DNA from: Lingula anatina
Lineage: Eukaryota > Animalia > Brachiopoda
Direction of reading: 5' to 3'
Assembly: GCA_051362555.1 (NCBI GenBank)
Contig: CM120649.1
Coordinates: 16,134,567 to 16,198,566, forward strand
DNA: 64,000 bases
Under the pieces are notes generated by a model. The model had not been told where the DNA came from and made no database searches. It saw only the letters and a program-made list of their open reading frames with translations. Shown here one piece after another: positions 61,918 through 64,000 of the stretch. The position numbers were made by a program, and so were the translations under genes. Position 1 is the first letter of the stretch, and each line of letters opens with the position of its first letter.

Positions 61918-64000
61918 GTGAGTTATTTCCTCCCCCGAAAGGGATGTTTTTAATGACAGACACTGTAGTGGCAAGAGCCTCTAACACCTTCATTTGTGAT
62001 CGACAAGTCCCTCCATTGTCAACTTTTACTCCCTTGGTGACAAGTCTTCTGGAAGTGAACCAAAGGAATAAAACGTCAAATTACAATGGCGGTTGCCGCT
62101 TTTGAACTGCACAAACCGGTTGAACACAAGCCTAGTTTCTGATATCAATGGGCGTGAATCATCTAGAGTCGGTTTGTGAATGTCATCTAGCAATATTTTA
62201 TTTTTATTTTTATTATTTTTTTTCTACAAGTAATTTCATGTCTGGGGATTCATCAATCGTCATTCATATCACCCAAGAGTAATATTATATCACAATTTTA
62301 CTTTTTTTTGTGCAATGGATCACCATTTCTATACCAAGTGCATTAGCCCCTGCTGACCTGGAAAACAGTGTTTTTACTTTGGGAATTAAGCAGCACTTAA
62401 TAGGTGTTAATTGTGTGTGTGTGAGTGTGCGTTTAAGGTGGATCTCAGAGATATGCATTTTGGTGGCATTTACAGATTTGTTCTTAAAAATTTTGGTATG
62501 ACAGCTCAGAAAGTTGCTAGGTGTGTTGTGAAATGTGGGGGTAGGTGTAGGATATGTGGGAGTTCCTCGTAAGTCGTAATTAAGCATTTTATACTCTATG
62601 TGCAAAGTTTGGGAGGTGCATGCAAACAAATATTTGTTCTCTTTATAATTTATCCTTTAGATATAATCCTGAGCATAACCCAAATCTAATACTGATTTAT
62701 CTTTATCTTCTCTAAAAGGTGCAAATAGGTCATGAGTACTAGTAATTGGAGATTGTTCATTTTGTAAACATTGTTTTGGTATCTAGATAAGTAAATGATT
62801 TAGGTCCGTTTGCCATGTCCTTGTTGAGGACCAAGGTTAAGCCAGTTATTAACCAAGTATGGAGATATGTGCCTGATTTACAGTGCTTTGCATACATGTA
62901 TAAGTGACTGGACAATGATTCTAGATTACTGATAGCATATCATTGAACAGATTCAGTGATAAATACATGCCCTGCATTTTTCTTCTGTTTCTTTCAGCAA
63001 TAACTCTGTATGTGGAAAGAATATTTTATTTCTGGGGTAGCCCTAACACTTGCCAATTTAGCAGAATGCTAAAACTGACTTAAGTTGGCTAAACAAAAAC
63101 TAGTTGATTTGACTTGTTTTAGTTGAATTTAAACCATTTGGAGAAAAAAAGTGATGAAAAAGTAGTGATTTGGCAAAGAGAAAAAAATTGCCAACACTGC
63201 CCTAGTATTCATAAATTTATTTTTATAACAGACTCAGTAGTCTATAATTTTTTCAATGGGTCATTATTCATTAATGCGAGCAACCAGTTGGGGTACAAAC
63301 ATTATAGAAGTCATTGTATTTATGACCTGTTGTGTTATGTAGTAATAGCAATACAATAACAACCAAAAACAATAGGGATGTGAACTGAAAATTGCATCTA
63401 GAATGAGAGCAAATGTGTATATTTGACAGCTTTGTTGCCACCCAAGTTGTAGATCTGACTGGTTCTAGTATAAAAATTTAATTCTTCTCTTGCTGAAAAT
63501 TGAATTTCTGGTCAGAAGAGTATCAGGAAAAAACTCCATCCTCTAGTTTCATGGATTACATTAGTCATTATATTGGTATGCCTAGCAGTGACTTTGGAAT
63601 CAAAGCAGAAATGGAAAAAAGCTCCATTCCTGGATTTTGTAGATTACTTATAGATTGTATTTGAGGTCCTAAGGGGTTGAAAGGCATTCTGTTTGAACCC
63701 TGATACAGATGACAGCCTGGAAGTCTGCTCTGGAGGAAGCTCTGTGGTTGAGTCATCCATTTCCCCGAGTGCATTACTCTGCTAAATCATGTTTGCATGA
63801 GGTTCCTCTAAAATGTAAAGCTATTAAAATGCTGCATTCCACTCCTCTACCCCCCTCCACACACGCATGTGCGCATGCACACACACACACACATGCGTGC
63901 ACTCATGCACACATACACACACATCTTCTTACAGTCCAATGTCAAGTAATCCTGACCCTTTTCTGAACATATTGATGAAATTTGTGCCCTTGACCTTGCA

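Overview
This is AT-rich, intron-rich animal genomic DNA, probably a marine invertebrate (the taxon is an inference). It is not prokaryotic, and most entries in the ORF track are spurious. Manual splicing with GT-AG and phase checks gives five protein-coding genes. (1) Minus strand 4859 to <1: signal peptide, PAN/Apple domain, a 16-nt micro-exon, then at least 17 copies of an acidic Thr/Glu-rich 28-aa repeat; it runs off the window. (2) Minus 16878-8164: a 411-aa secreted protein with two VWA domains, both lacking a canonical MIDAS. (3) Plus 37844-41080: a 293-aa CUB-like single-pass membrane protein. (4) Plus 44230-47530: an alpha-arrestin with an N-terminal PPxY. (5) Minus 60588-58673: a DGAT2/MOGAT-family acyltransferase. 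A divergent first exon probably lies at about 61.7-61.9 kb. An ~8.8-kb composite Helentron-type non-autonomous element (HINE) sits just downstream of MOGAT (49649-58457). It has four hairpin heads, one 3' end, 160-161-bp and ~337-bp internal arrays, and a nested second HINE. Several MITEs and microsatellites are also present. The most notable items are the co-oriented PAN/acidic-mucin plus double-VWA pair (a candidate glue or biomineral-matrix module) and the multi-headed, polarised HINE satellite array.
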